A DNA stretch of 64,000 bases from an uncultured virus (IMG/VR IMGVR_UViG_3300027801_002629) (taxonomy: Duplodnaviria; Heunggongvirae; Uroviricota; Caudoviricetes), in the IMG/VR virus record IMGVR_UViG_3300027801_002629. One strand, 5' to 3'. Both the position numbers and the translations under genes were made by a program. Under the pieces are notes generated by a model. It had not been told where the DNA came from, ran no database searches, and saw only the letters and a list, made by a program, of their open reading frames with translations. Position 1 is the first letter of the stretch; every line of letters begins with the position of its first letter. Shown here in pieces: positions 1 through 7,991 of the stretch.

Positions 1-233
1 CTTGCCTTTACTCTTTGGTATGTGGAACCGAATGTTGGATTGTATTCTGGTTTTTTAATAAAACTATCTCGTACCACCACCATTTTTTTAACTTTTTCCA
101 CTTCAGATAAAGTCATCTTACTATGATCCATCATCGGCATAGTCCCATTGTCACTACCAATGGCAGAATTATCTATAATCATTATCCAGAATATCCATGC
201 CAAACAAACAAAAGCTTTTGATGCAAATATCAT
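1..233 (-). CDS. Partial secreted protein, possibly an amino-acid ABC substrate-binding-like protein (runs off the window)
   Basis: Translated by hand: MIFASKAFVCLAWIFWIMIID...FGSTYQRVKAR. It has a hydrophobic N-terminus and an ATGA overlap with the upstream stop. 'TYQRVKAR' resembles the start of AapJ/BztA-type binding proteins. Confidence 0.4.
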   Translation of the reverse strand, partial: MIFASKAFVCLAWIFWIMIIDNSAIGSDNGTMPMMDHSKMTLSEVEKVKKMVVVRDSFIKKPEYNPTFGSTYQRVKA

Positions 234-700
234 TGTAGCGCCCGATAAATTTCTAATAATTCTGCATCAGGCATAGCGGTAGTCATTGTATAATATCGTT
301 GATGTCCAACTGCCATAAAGGATTTGACATCAGAAAAACTTGGATATTTCTTTAAGAGATTGTGGAGTAGATAATCGGGACTTAAATGACACTCTGCACA
401 TTGATTTTCTTTCGCAAATACTCTAGTCGATTTTTTGTATCGTTCTGATTGAACTAGAATAGAATTGAGATCCTTTTCCATATATGTAACTTTTTTATCT
501 ATGTCAGGTATAACCATAAAGATTAAGTATACTAGAAGGGCAATAATAACATAGATAAATGATTTACTTGCAACTATTTGATCTTTTTCTGCGAGTTCCA
601 GTTGTACGACATCTTCAATCTTTTTGTCTAGTTCTTCAATATCATGTTGTAGTATTTTTTGGTCTTTGCCGTTTGCAACAACCTTATCTTGTTCAGCCAT
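230..700 (-). CDS. Membrane-anchored protein with one CxxCH heme-c motif
   Basis: TM segment (FIYVIIALLVYLIFMVIP), a coiled coil, then CAECH. Confidence 0.55.
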   Translation of the reverse strand: MAEQDKVVANGKDQKILQHDIEELDKKIEDVVQLELAEKDQIVASKSFIYVIIALLVYLIFMVIPDIDKKVTYMEKDLNSILVQSERYKKSTRVFAKENQCAECHLSPDYLLHNLLKKYPSFSDVKSFMAVGHQRYYTMTTAMPDAELLEIYRALQ

Positions 701-703
701 AAT

Positions 704-1051
704 CTATTTCCCTTTCCCTACTTCATTTAATTTTTTAGTAATTTGTTCTCCAAACCACTTGAGAACAATTGGAATACTCACATTAGAAGTAAGTCCAAAA
801 AGATATCCGATAGGGTAGTGATATGCCTCATAGTTTGAAAGTTCTTTGACATTAGTGAATACAATTAAAATTAACATGTATCCAGTTACCGACATCCCCA
901 TATTGATAACCATATCAAGTATAATTAACGGCCAATGACCATTATACTTTTCTTTGTGATCTAATCTATAATTAAATAGAAATATCCAGAATGAGGAAAA
1001 TAGGACTAGTCCTAACATTATCATTTCAGGCGTATTAAATAATTCATTCAT
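704..1051 (-). CDS. Small multi-pass membrane protein
   Basis: Three hydrophobic segments; AAGGA RBS. Confidence 0.6.
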   Translation of the reverse strand: MNELFNTPEMIMLGLVLFSSFWIFLFNYRLDHKEKYNGHWPLIILDMVINMGMSVTGYMLILIVFTNVKELSNYEAYHYPIGYLFGLTSNVSIPIVLKWFGEQITKKLNEVGKGK

Positions 1052-1125
1052 AAAATTTCCTTTTCGTTGTGCTTTGGTAACTCCCTGTCTAACTCCGGCA
1101 TTTTTTTAATTTGTGTTTCCAACAT
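1048..1125 (-). CDS. 25-aa putative leaderless uORF (MLETQIKKMPELDRELPKHNEKEIL)
   Basis: ATG lies 5 nt after TATAAATA; the stop overlaps the next ATG (ATGA). Confidence 0.3.
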   Translation of the reverse strand: MLETQIKKMPELDRELPKHNEKEIL

Positions 1126-1130
1126 CTTTA

Positions 1131-1138
1131 TATTTATA
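1131..1138 (-). promoter_or_regulatory. T4-type late promoter TATAAATA
   Basis: Exact gp55-type late consensus in the intergenic space just after the lipase stop. Confidence 0.6.
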
Positions 1139-1140
1139 TA

Positions 1141-1929
1141 TTACTTTAATGCTCTCAATGTTTCTACATATTTTGCTATTGCATGGTCTAATCCATCTGT
1201 TTGTGAAATCAAACCATTATCATTATCTGGACCCCAATCCAAATCTTGACTATCTATAAAAAGTCCTGTATGAGCATAAGGCCAAGGAGGAGACATAGGG
1301 ATAGGATCGCTAAGGCGAACCACCCTCCAATGAGAGGGTTGTCCACTAGACAAAACTTGAGAAGAGATTTTTGGGCTTCCGTAAGAGAAAACTTGAACAT
1401 TTTTACCTCTTTTGTGAAGCCACATTCCTATAATCTGGGCAACTGCTCCACCTAAACTGTGACCTGTAACGTGTACTGTATGTTCAAGAGGATATTTAAG
1501 TGTCCGTCCTTGAACAACAGTTCTTCCTGTCTTGGTTTCTGTATCTATAATTTGCATAATAGTTACAGCGGCATCACGAAATCCTTTATGGAGTTTGATT
1601 CCTGTACGTGCATCATCTACCAATCTTACATCAATATCAGATAGTACATTTGCCTCATTGGCCGTACCCCTAATAATAATTATTGATATTCCATTATCTT
1701 GTTTTACTTCAAATGCCACTTCATCTTTTTGACTACCACCACCATCGTAAATTGCTTTACAATACTCTGCGTGTTCAATAAGCAAATCTAATGAAATTGG
1801 TAAATTTGACTTGTCACCACTACCTAAATCATTATTTTTGTCAACTTTACTCTTTGCACAACTAGTGAGAATCAGGCTTATCGCCAATCCCATTAGTAAC
1901 TTCTTTATGTTTATTCCAAGATGTCGCAC
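1141..1929 (-). CDS. Class 3 lipase, probable lipoprotein
   Basis: IRGT, LHKGF, VTGHSLGG nucleophile elbow, YGSP, DPIP, late His; lipobox ILTSC. The real start may be downstream of 1929. Confidence 0.85.
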   Translation of the reverse strand: MRHLGINIKKLLMGLAISLILTSCAKSKVDKNNDLGSGDKSNLPISLDLLIEHAEYCKAIYDGGGSQKDEVAFEVKQDNGISIIIIRGTANEANVLSDIDVRLVDDARTGIKLHKGFRDAAVTIMQIIDTETKTGRTVVQGRTLKYPLEHTVHVTGHSLGGAVAQIIGMWLHKRGKNVQVFSYGSPKISSQVLSSGQPSHWRVVRLSDPIPMSPPWPYAHTGLFIDSQDLDWGPDNDNGLISQTDGLDHAIAKYVETLRALK

Positions 1930-2137
1930 CTAATATCGCTCCAAAACTCAAATGTAGCATGGCTCCTCCTTGTAATGTAAGAGGAACCCATCTACTAGTG
2001 TTCATTTTTACTTCATCACTCATCATTGTCATGCCTATGTTCCACATCAAAGGAGCAATAAAGAAGTCTACTATACAAAGAAACAAATAAACTATTGCAG
2101 CCCAGTCACGCCAATGTTCATGTATTATTTTATTCAT
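1862..2137 (-). CDS. Small membrane protein, 3TM/GTA-holin-like
   Basis: WR..AAIVYLFLCIVDFFIAP...WVPLTLQGGAMLHLSFGAILG pattern. Confidence 0.55.
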   Translation of the reverse strand: MNKIIHEHWRDWAAIVYLFLCIVDFFIAPLMWNIGMTMMSDEVKMNTSRWVPLTLQGGAMLHLSFGAILGATSWNKHKEVTNGIGDKPDSH

Positions 2138-2742
2138 TATATTACAGCATAAACGTGATATTTTAAAATAGTATAGATGAATCCTACTAAGAATATACCC
2201 ATACCAATTTCATGTACTTTTTTATTACTACTAAACACCATCGGAGTCATGACACATAACATAATGACTCTACCGATTACCTTGAGTGATGCTACTTCTC
2301 CTTGAAAAAATACGAATAGGTTTCCAATGAGTAATAGTTGTAATGACCATACTAGTCCTAATATGACCTTATAATTTTTGTAATAGTATTCACGCAAATC
2401 AACCGACTTATCTTTATATGTTTCAGGCTGTGGGGCAACTACCTCACTAACCATAAAAAACGTGAATGGTACTCCCAAATATAATAGAAATGTGAATAAG
2501 TTCCATCCCTCATTTGGGAAATAGGCTGGATCTCTCAACGGATAAGATGTCCACCAAAATAGTATAATAGTAAAAAAAGTTATAAAACTTATTGTCGTAT
2601 GTGGCCAATAAAAATAGACATCATCATCTGGACTGTCATTATAATTCTTTGCTAATAATGAACTGTAATTTATCATTATCCTTACCATAGACAAACCTAA
2701 TATCACAAACGCAATCATTGACAAATGTGAATATGTTACCAT
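2137..2742 (-). CDS. Polytopic membrane protein (5-6 TM)
   Basis: Alternating hydrophobic helices. Confidence 0.65.
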   Translation of the reverse strand: MVTYSHLSMIAFVILGLSMVRIMINYSSLLAKNYNDSPDDDVYFYWPHTTISFITFFTIILFWWTSYPLRDPAYFPNEGWNLFTFLLYLGVPFTFFMVSEVVAPQPETYKDKSVDLREYYYKNYKVILGLVWSLQLLLIGNLFVFFQGEVASLKVIGRVIMLCVMTPMVFSSNKKVHEIGMGIFLVGFIYTILKYHVYAVI

Positions 2743-2746
2743 TTCG

Positions 2747-3007
2747 TTACTTATCCTCGAACTGATAATTAAATGCCACCATTCCTTTGGGTTGTCCTTT
2801 ACTTGGAGTCATCTTTCTAAGATACACTTGTATCATCATATCACTATTTGGTGAAGGAAATGTGAATGCTGGTTTGTTAGGTTTCATTCTCATTTTAATA
2901 TCATCAGTCGCATTAACTGGAAATTTTCCAAGTTTACGTTTCTTGATTTCATTACTAACTGCTTTGTCAAGTTTTCTGTCGAAACTATATTCTTTAAAAG
3001 TTCTCAT
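2747..3007 (-). CDS. Small basic protein with IP-like leader (MRTFKEY)
   Basis: N-terminus resembles the T4 capsid-targeting sequence. Confidence 0.6.
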   Translation of the reverse strand: MRTFKEYSFDRKLDKAVSNEIKKRKLGKFPVNATDDIKMRMKPNKPAFTFPSPNSDMMIQVYLRKMTPSKGQPKGMVAFNYQFEDK

Positions 3008-3243
3008 TTTCCCAACTCCTTTGAATTGTATAACTTATCTCTATTTGAACGTTTCATTCCAGCCTTTTTCGCAGCTCTGTGCATTGGAGATTCTTTTTCT
3101 TTTTTCCCACACTTTTGTTTGTGGAGCTTTTTCATAGTAGGAGAACGTAATTGGTCTATTGATATATTACATATATCTTTACCTTTTTCAGCGATCAAGA
3201 CCTCATCCAACTCTATATCTAAATGTTCTTTAAATGTTTTCAT
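3004..3243 (-). CDS. Small basic protein with IP-like leader (MKTFKEHLDIELDE)
   Basis: Leader followed by an L-x-E motif. Confidence 0.6.
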   Translation of the reverse strand: MKTFKEHLDIELDEVLIAEKGKDICNISIDQLRSPTMKKLHKQKCGKKEKESPMHRAAKKAGMKRSNRDKLYNSKELGK

Positions 3244-3517
3244 ATTCTGTATCTATAGTACCAATAAACTGTTTAATATATCCCTGTAATTCAATAGCTT
3301 CCTCATCATCATTAATTTCATTGATCTTTCCCTTGGTTGTAGCAAGGTCTTCGGCCAAGATTTTACATTCAGTATAAGTAAATTTATAATATCTGTTCAT
3401 ATCGGTATGACAAGCAAAAATTTCATCTCCTTTGTCATACACCTTTGCACCATCCCAATAGGTATAGAACTTAGAAGTTGACCAATGTGAGTAAGACATT
3501 CTATCCACCGAAAACAA
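3230..3517 (-). CDS. Hypothetical protein
   Basis: ORF tightly packed with its neighbours; likely start MSYSHW. Confidence 0.55.
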   Translation of the reverse strand: MFSVDRMSYSHWSTSKFYTYWDGAKVYDKGDEIFACHTDMNRYYKFTYTECKILAEDLATTKGKINEINDDEEAIELQGYIKQFIGTIDTEYENI

Positions 3518-4112
3518 TCGCCATTGCTATAGATTTACCTGTAGTAGCAATTGCTGTGTTATAGGCTTGTACATCGGTTCCTATTACAAGCCCAAGGGTT
3601 GTTCTTTGGGCTGAGGCATCAGCATCATCTAATAATGCCTTACCCGCTGTAGTAAGGTCATATGTTCCAGCAGTACCACTTCCTGTGAATTGAATACCTT
3701 TATCAGCAGCAGATGTCAATCCACCTAATGCGGTAAGGTCTGCGTCATATGCTTGTACGTTAGTTCCTATTACAAGTCCAAGAGTAGTTCTTTGAGCAGA
3801 AGCATCAGCATCATCAAGAAGAGCTTTACCTGCAACAGTTAAGTCAAATGTTCCAGCAGTACCACTTCCTGTCCATTGAATACCTTTATCAGCTGCAGAT
3901 GTTAATCCACCTAATGCGGTAAGGTCTGCGTCATATGCTTGTATGCGTGATCCAATATCTGTACCTGATAATGGATCGGCTGGAGATGTAACGATAGTTT
4001 GCCATGTACCATCACCTCTGAGATATTCACCAGCTGGTGCGGAAGCAATATCAATGAATAAATTATTTCCGTAGTCCTTATCTCTAAAGGCAATTGTTTT
4101 TCCTACTGTCAT
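3501..4112 (-). CDS. Tail-fibre-like repeat protein
   Basis: YLRGDGTW motif, tandem 62-aa repeat (QAYDADLTALGGL...QRTTLGL), C-terminal TTGKSIAMAIVFGG. Confidence 0.65.
   Translation of the reverse strand: MTVGKTIAFRDKDYGNNLFIDIASAPAGEYLRGDGTWQTIVTSPADPLSGTDIGSRIQAYDADLTALGGLTSAADKGIQWTGSGTAGTFDLTVAGKALLDDADASAQRTTLGLVIGTNVQAYDADLTALGGLTSAADKGIQFTGSGTAGTYDLTTAGKALLDDADASAQRTTLGLVIGTDVQAYNTAIATTGKSIAMAIVFGG
3564..3942. repeat. Two tandem ~186-bp intragenic repeats
   Basis: ccacctaatgcggtaaggtctgcgtcatatgcttgta occurs at 3721 and 3907. Confidence 0.9.
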
Positions 4113-4609
4113 TTATAGCCTATTGCTTGCAATTCTGCTATTGTTTTTGATGCACTCTTATGATGTACTCCTATACCACCAGCCTTTTTAAATGCTTGTA
4201 TATTTCCTAAATGATCATCAATAAGTAAATTAGGTCTACCATCTCTACCATCTTTAGCAAATTTCGCCTTATTTACTCTTTGTACAGGATACATCTTATC
4301 CGAACTAACTCCAAACCACCGTTTCATAAATCGTGTCTTATCCTTTGTGGCACGTTTGGATATTGGACCCCTACTGCTTCTAGGGATAGCAGTCAAGATA
4401 AATGGATCGTATTTTCCTATGAACCCCCACAATTTTTTAGCATCAGCCATTGGTTCTAATTTTAAGAAAAAATCATCTGGTAATTCATCCCATCTATCAT
4501 CACTAAATTTTCCGCCAATTTGATCCTTCACACCCTTCACAAAATCTGCCAATACACCATCCATATCACAATAAATTTGTGGTGAATCAAATTCTAGTAA
4601 AGTTTTCAT
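4109..4609 (-). CDS. HAD-family 5'(3')-deoxyribonucleotidase-like protein
   Basis: IYCDMDGVLADF and LLIDD motifs. Confidence 0.8.
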   Translation of the reverse strand: MKTLLEFDSPQIYCDMDGVLADFVKGVKDQIGGKFSDDRWDELPDDFFLKLEPMADAKKLWGFIGKYDPFILTAIPRSSRGPISKRATKDKTRFMKRWFGVSSDKMYPVQRVNKAKFAKDGRDGRPNLLIDDHLGNIQAFKKAGGIGVHHKSASKTIAELQAIGYK

Positions 4610-5271
4610 TAATTTTCCTTGTAAAAATGTACTGTGAATTCCGTATCAAAACCTTCAACAATTTTTATATCTTTGTGATCATATTGTGTCAACCATTCTT
4701 TTATTTCTTCAGGATAATATGCCTGATAACGTTCATCTTTATATGGAGCAGTTAACATGTTAAATATAACACCCTTGTCTGCGTGGTCTATCATTTGTTC
4801 AATGATCCACTTAGTATTTTTCTCTTTTAGTCCTAGATTAAAAACTCCAGAAGCCACTACCCAATCATATTTCATATACTCAGGTAGTCCATCTATTGTA
4901 CCACACATTGTATTGATATTTTCATCTATCAGTTCAACTGCTTTTGCGTTAGGATCAATTCCTAAATATTTACCTGTCCAACCCCTACTCTCTAAAAAAT
5001 AATAAAAATGTCCTACTCCACATCCAACATCTAAAACAGAATCGGTGTTTCCAATACTCTCATATAATAGTGCATTACGTTCAATAGCATTTTCATTACC
5101 ATCTAACCAACCTACACTTTCAACATGAGTTTTATCATATTTTTTCACATAATGAGAATAGACCGCCGTGACAAGAAGATCTGTCATATTCTTAGTATCT
5201 ACTTTTATCGATTCAGTTATATTATTATTTAAAAATTCTTTAATGTTTATATAATCTTTAAACTGTTGCAT
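4609..5271 (-). CDS. Class I SAM-dependent methyltransferase with IP-like leader (MQQFKDY)
   Basis: VLDVGCGVG, YLGID, YDWVVASGVFN; start reassigned to ATG at 5271. Confidence 0.8.
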   Translation of the reverse strand: MQQFKDYINIKEFLNNNITESIKVDTKNMTDLLVTAVYSHYVKKYDKTHVESVGWLDGNENAIERNALLYESIGNTDSVLDVGCGVGHFYYFLESRGWTGKYLGIDPNAKAVELIDENINTMCGTIDGLPEYMKYDWVVASGVFNLGLKEKNTKWIIEQMIDHADKGVIFNMLTAPYKDERYQAYYPEEIKEWLTQYDHKDIKIVEGFDTEFTVHFYKEN

Positions 5272-5644
5272 TTTTTTCTCGATAATCTTTAATTGCTGCC
5301 TTAATGGCATCTTCTGCTAAAACACTACAATGAATTTTTACTGGTGGGAGAGACAATTCTTCTACGATAACTGTATTTTGAATAGCACCTGCCTCATCTA
5401 ATGATTTACCCTTAACCCATTCAGTAGCTAATGATGAACTTGCAATTGCGGAACCACATCCAAATGTTTTAAATTTTGCATCGATGATATTTTCTTTATC
5501 ATCTACAAGTATCTGTAATTTCATAACATCTCCACATTCTGGTGCTCCTACTAGACCAGTTCCAACATTAAGTGCGGTTTTATCAAGAGCCCCGATATTT
5601 TGAGGGTTTTCGAAATGTTCAATTACTTTTTCTGAATATGCCAT
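5258..5644 (-). CDS. iscU: Fe-S cluster scaffold IscU
   Basis: MAYSEKVIEHFENP, GAPECGDVM, KTFGCGSAIASSS, LPPVKIHCSVLAEDAI; GAGGT RBS before the ATG at 5644. Confidence 0.95.
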   Translation of the reverse strand: MAYSEKVIEHFENPQNIGALDKTALNVGTGLVGAPECGDVMKLQILVDDKENIIDAKFKTFGCGSAIASSSLATEWVKGKSLDEAGAIQNTVIVEELSLPPVKIHCSVLAEDAIKAAIKDYREKNATV

Positions 5645-5733
5645 AAGTTTACCTCTTTTATTTTCATATACTGCAGTTCCACCACAGCTGTTTAATTTTA
5701 ATTCTTGGTATTTTGCAATCCATTCCATTCATT

Positions 5734-6141
5734 TCAATTCCATCCTAATTTTTGTTTTCCGTCCGCGAGAATGTCCTTTAACGGTGTGAAACTTTCACCA
5801 CAACCACAAACATAACCGTTGAGTTTAAATCTCTTAAACACAAATCCTTGTTCTACTAGATTTCCTGTTTTATAATCCACTTCAACATCACCAATTATTT
5901 CGTTGAGTATTATTTTATCTATTACCAGTATAACATCATATTGCTCAAATGTCAAGTCTGTAGACTCAATATTATCATCAAAATCTAAACTATATTTCCA
6001 TCCAGAGCAACCACCAGAATTTGCACCAACTCTAAGATAAGAACGGTTGAGTGATTTATTTTCATCTTCACACATATTTCTAAATTCTTTTGCCGCGTGT
6101 TCTGTTATTTTTACTTCACATCCAGCTTGGTTCTCTAACAT
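5734..6141 (-). CDS. A-type Fe-S carrier (IscA/HesB family)
   Basis: LRVGANSGGCSGWKY and CGCGESF; start uncertain. Confidence 0.85.
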   Translation of the reverse strand: MLENQAGCEVKITEHAAKEFRNMCEDENKSLNRSYLRVGANSGGCSGWKYSLDFDDNIESTDLTFEQYDVILVIDKIILNEIIGDVEVDYKTGNLVEQGFVFKRFKLNGYVCGCGESFTPLKDILADGKQKLGWN

Positions 6142-6484
6142 TTGTCTGTTCCGGTTGTTCGTGCATGAAAGAAGTCCTACAGCCACATGAACCTTTTGCT
6201 GAAGGATTGTTAAATTTTAATCCGCGGTCATTCAAGTCATTTGACCAATCAATTTCTGTACCTTTAATGTAAAGATGACTTTTCTTATCTACCAAAACAT
6301 TAAGGCCAAACGATTCAAACTCTAAATCAAACCTACTCTTTCTACTATCAAAATCTACAGTGTAAGTAAAACCAGAACAACCACCACCTCTAACACCAAC
6401 TCTTACTCTAGTATCTTCAGTTACTTTCTGTTCATTCATAATACTCAACACTTTGTTAGCAGCTTTTTCGGTAAATGATATCAT
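6116..6484 (-). CDS. iscA: A-type Fe-S carrier IscA
   Basis: VRVGVRGGGCSGFTY, FNNPSAKGSCGCRTSF. Confidence 0.9.
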   Translation of the reverse strand: MISFTEKAANKVLSIMNEQKVTEDTRVRVGVRGGGCSGFTYTVDFDSRKSRFDLEFESFGLNVLVDKKSHLYIKGTEIDWSNDLNDRGLKFNNPSAKGSCGCRTSFMHEQPEQTNVREPSWM

Positions 6485-6499
6485 TAGCTTCCAGTACGT

Positions 6500-6883
6500 T
6501 TATTTCCTTTTTGATCCTACTAATCTACTTTTTTCTGCTCTTCCTCTGTTGATACTCTCATCTTCCATTCCAACTATTTTACCATTTTTGTGTGAGGCAT
6601 CTTTTCCATCACCATTACCATAAGTTCCCTTGTCTCTATTATACTTATTTAACTCGGCTCTGTATTTTTTACTCTTTGTTGATGATTGAAACTTCTTATA
6701 TTCATGTTTGTAGTCACGTTCTTCCTTTTTTCCCATAAGGATTTCTAGTTCACCATCCGTAACTTCTGGGTGCATCTTTTTAATTGCTTTTGCACTATCT
6801 CCCTTTTTAATCATTACTTTTACGTGTGCATCAACTTCTTCTTCGACTGACTCAAATGATCTGAACTCTTTGAAGGTTTTCAT
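6500..6883 (-). CDS. IP-like leader protein with HNH-like C-terminal domain
   Basis: MKTFKEF leader; RDYKHEY...GDGKDASH...SINRGR. Confidence 0.5.
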   Translation of the reverse strand: MKTFKEFRSFESVEEEVDAHVKVMIKKGDSAKAIKKMHPEVTDGELEILMGKKEERDYKHEYKKFQSSTKSKKYRAELNKYNRDKGTYGNGDGKDASHKNGKIVGMEDESINRGRAEKSRLVGSKRK

Positions 6884-7146
6884 TACCTATCTCCACGCTT
6901 TCTCATCGATTTTGCTCGTTTTTTTGCCATCATTCCTTGTTTACTCTTAAGTGTTTTTTGAACTCTTTTTGCAGCTTTTGAACGTGAACGTAGCTCCTTT
7001 GATTTCATTTTCACTTCCTTACCACCTACATTTTTATATCCATCTTTAGTAGATTTCTTAATAATTTTTTTCACACCACCCCTATATACTACTGTTCTTT
7101 TGAGAGCTTCGGTAAGTTCATTTACTAATTCGCTGAACGTTTTCAT
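6883..7146 (-). CDS. Very basic small protein with IP-like leader (MKTFSELVNELTE)
   Basis: Leader plus Lys/Arg-rich body. Confidence 0.6.
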   Translation of the reverse strand: MKTFSELVNELTEALKRTVVYRGGVKKIIKKSTKDGYKNVGGKEVKMKSKELRSRSKAAKRVQKTLKSKQGMMAKKRAKSMRKRGDR

Positions 7147-7166
7147 CGGATTAACCTTTCATTAGA

Positions 7167-7472
7167 TTATTTTAATATATTTGGATGATCTTTTCTGGTA
7201 AGTCTAAGTTTTTTGTGTAGTTTTATAGTTTTAGTAGCCCAAGAATCATCACCATATATACTAGGTGGTGACATTGTTGGTGTCTGTCCCTTTTTGTGCA
7301 TTTTCATCCAAAGATCATTATATCGTTCTTGTTCTTTTTTAGACCAACCACCTCTTCCAGCGGACTTCATACCAAGATCACGTAATTCTTCTTCTTCAGG
7401 ATCATTCTCTGATTTTTTATCAAACCAACCTTCATGGAATCCTTTATTTATTAATTCTTTAAATTTTTTCAT
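7167..7472 (-). CDS. Small protein with IP-like leader (MKKFKEL)
   Basis: Leader; AAGGA RBS. Confidence 0.55.
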   Translation of the reverse strand: MKKFKELINKGFHEGWFDKKSENDPEEEELRDLGMKSAGRGGWSKKEQERYNDLWMKMHKKGQTPTMSPPSIYGDDSWATKTIKLHKKLRLTRKDHPNILK

Positions 7473-7583
7473 TTATTCCTTTTTAGTTACTGGCCAATTT
7501 GTACAATAAGGATGATTTTCATCTTCTCGTTTTTCATATTGCATTTCTGGTTCATCTTCGGTTTCTTCTTGGTCTTCTTCCAT
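7473..7583 (-). CDS. 36-aa acidic peptide (MEEDQEETEDEPEMQYEKREDENHPYCTNWPVTKKE)
   Basis: Fills the gap exactly, with AAGGAATAA-ATG junctions on both sides. Confidence 0.45.
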   Translation of the reverse strand: MEEDQEETEDEPEMQYEKREDENHPYCTNWPVTKKE

Positions 7584-7973
7584 TTATTCCTTTAAAAATA
7601 TACTTATTGCTGTGGCGACTATCGTACCAACAACACCACCCACTACAATAATCATGCCCATTAGTTTAGATTTATATTGGTCTAAGCGATCAAGGCGTGA
7701 CTCTATTTCTTTATACATTTCCAATTGTTTATCATGCAGATCACCAATTCTAGTATGAAGGATTTTAAATTCTCCAGTCATATCAGAAGAATATCTTAAA
7801 TATTCTTCTTGTCGTGTGTTTAATTTTATTATTTGTACTGTAAGCTCTTGAAGTTTGTCTGTAGTGAGGTCCAGTTTAGCAAGAAGGGTATCAATTTGTC
7901 TCCCTCTTGTTTCGACCTCATTCTTCAACAAACCAACTTCGAGCTTAACAGATTGAAGCTCTTCTACGGGCAT
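7584..7973 (-). CDS. Coiled-coil protein with C-terminal TM helix
   Basis: Heptad pattern followed by LMGMIIVVGGVVGTIVATAISIFL. Confidence 0.65.
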   Translation of the reverse strand: MPVEELQSVKLEVGLLKNEVETRGRQIDTLLAKLDLTTDKLQELTVQIIKLNTRQEEYLRYSSDMTGEFKILHTRIGDLHDKQLEMYKEIESRLDRLDQYKSKLMGMIIVVGGVVGTIVATAISIFLKE

Positions 7974-7991
7974 ATTAGATACTTTCGGTTA

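Noticed and set aside
3564..3942. Tandem repeats as a CRISPR array or DGR template/variable pair
   Set aside because: They are in-frame 62-aa protein repeats with mostly synonymous differences. There are no spacers, cas genes or reverse transcriptase in the window.
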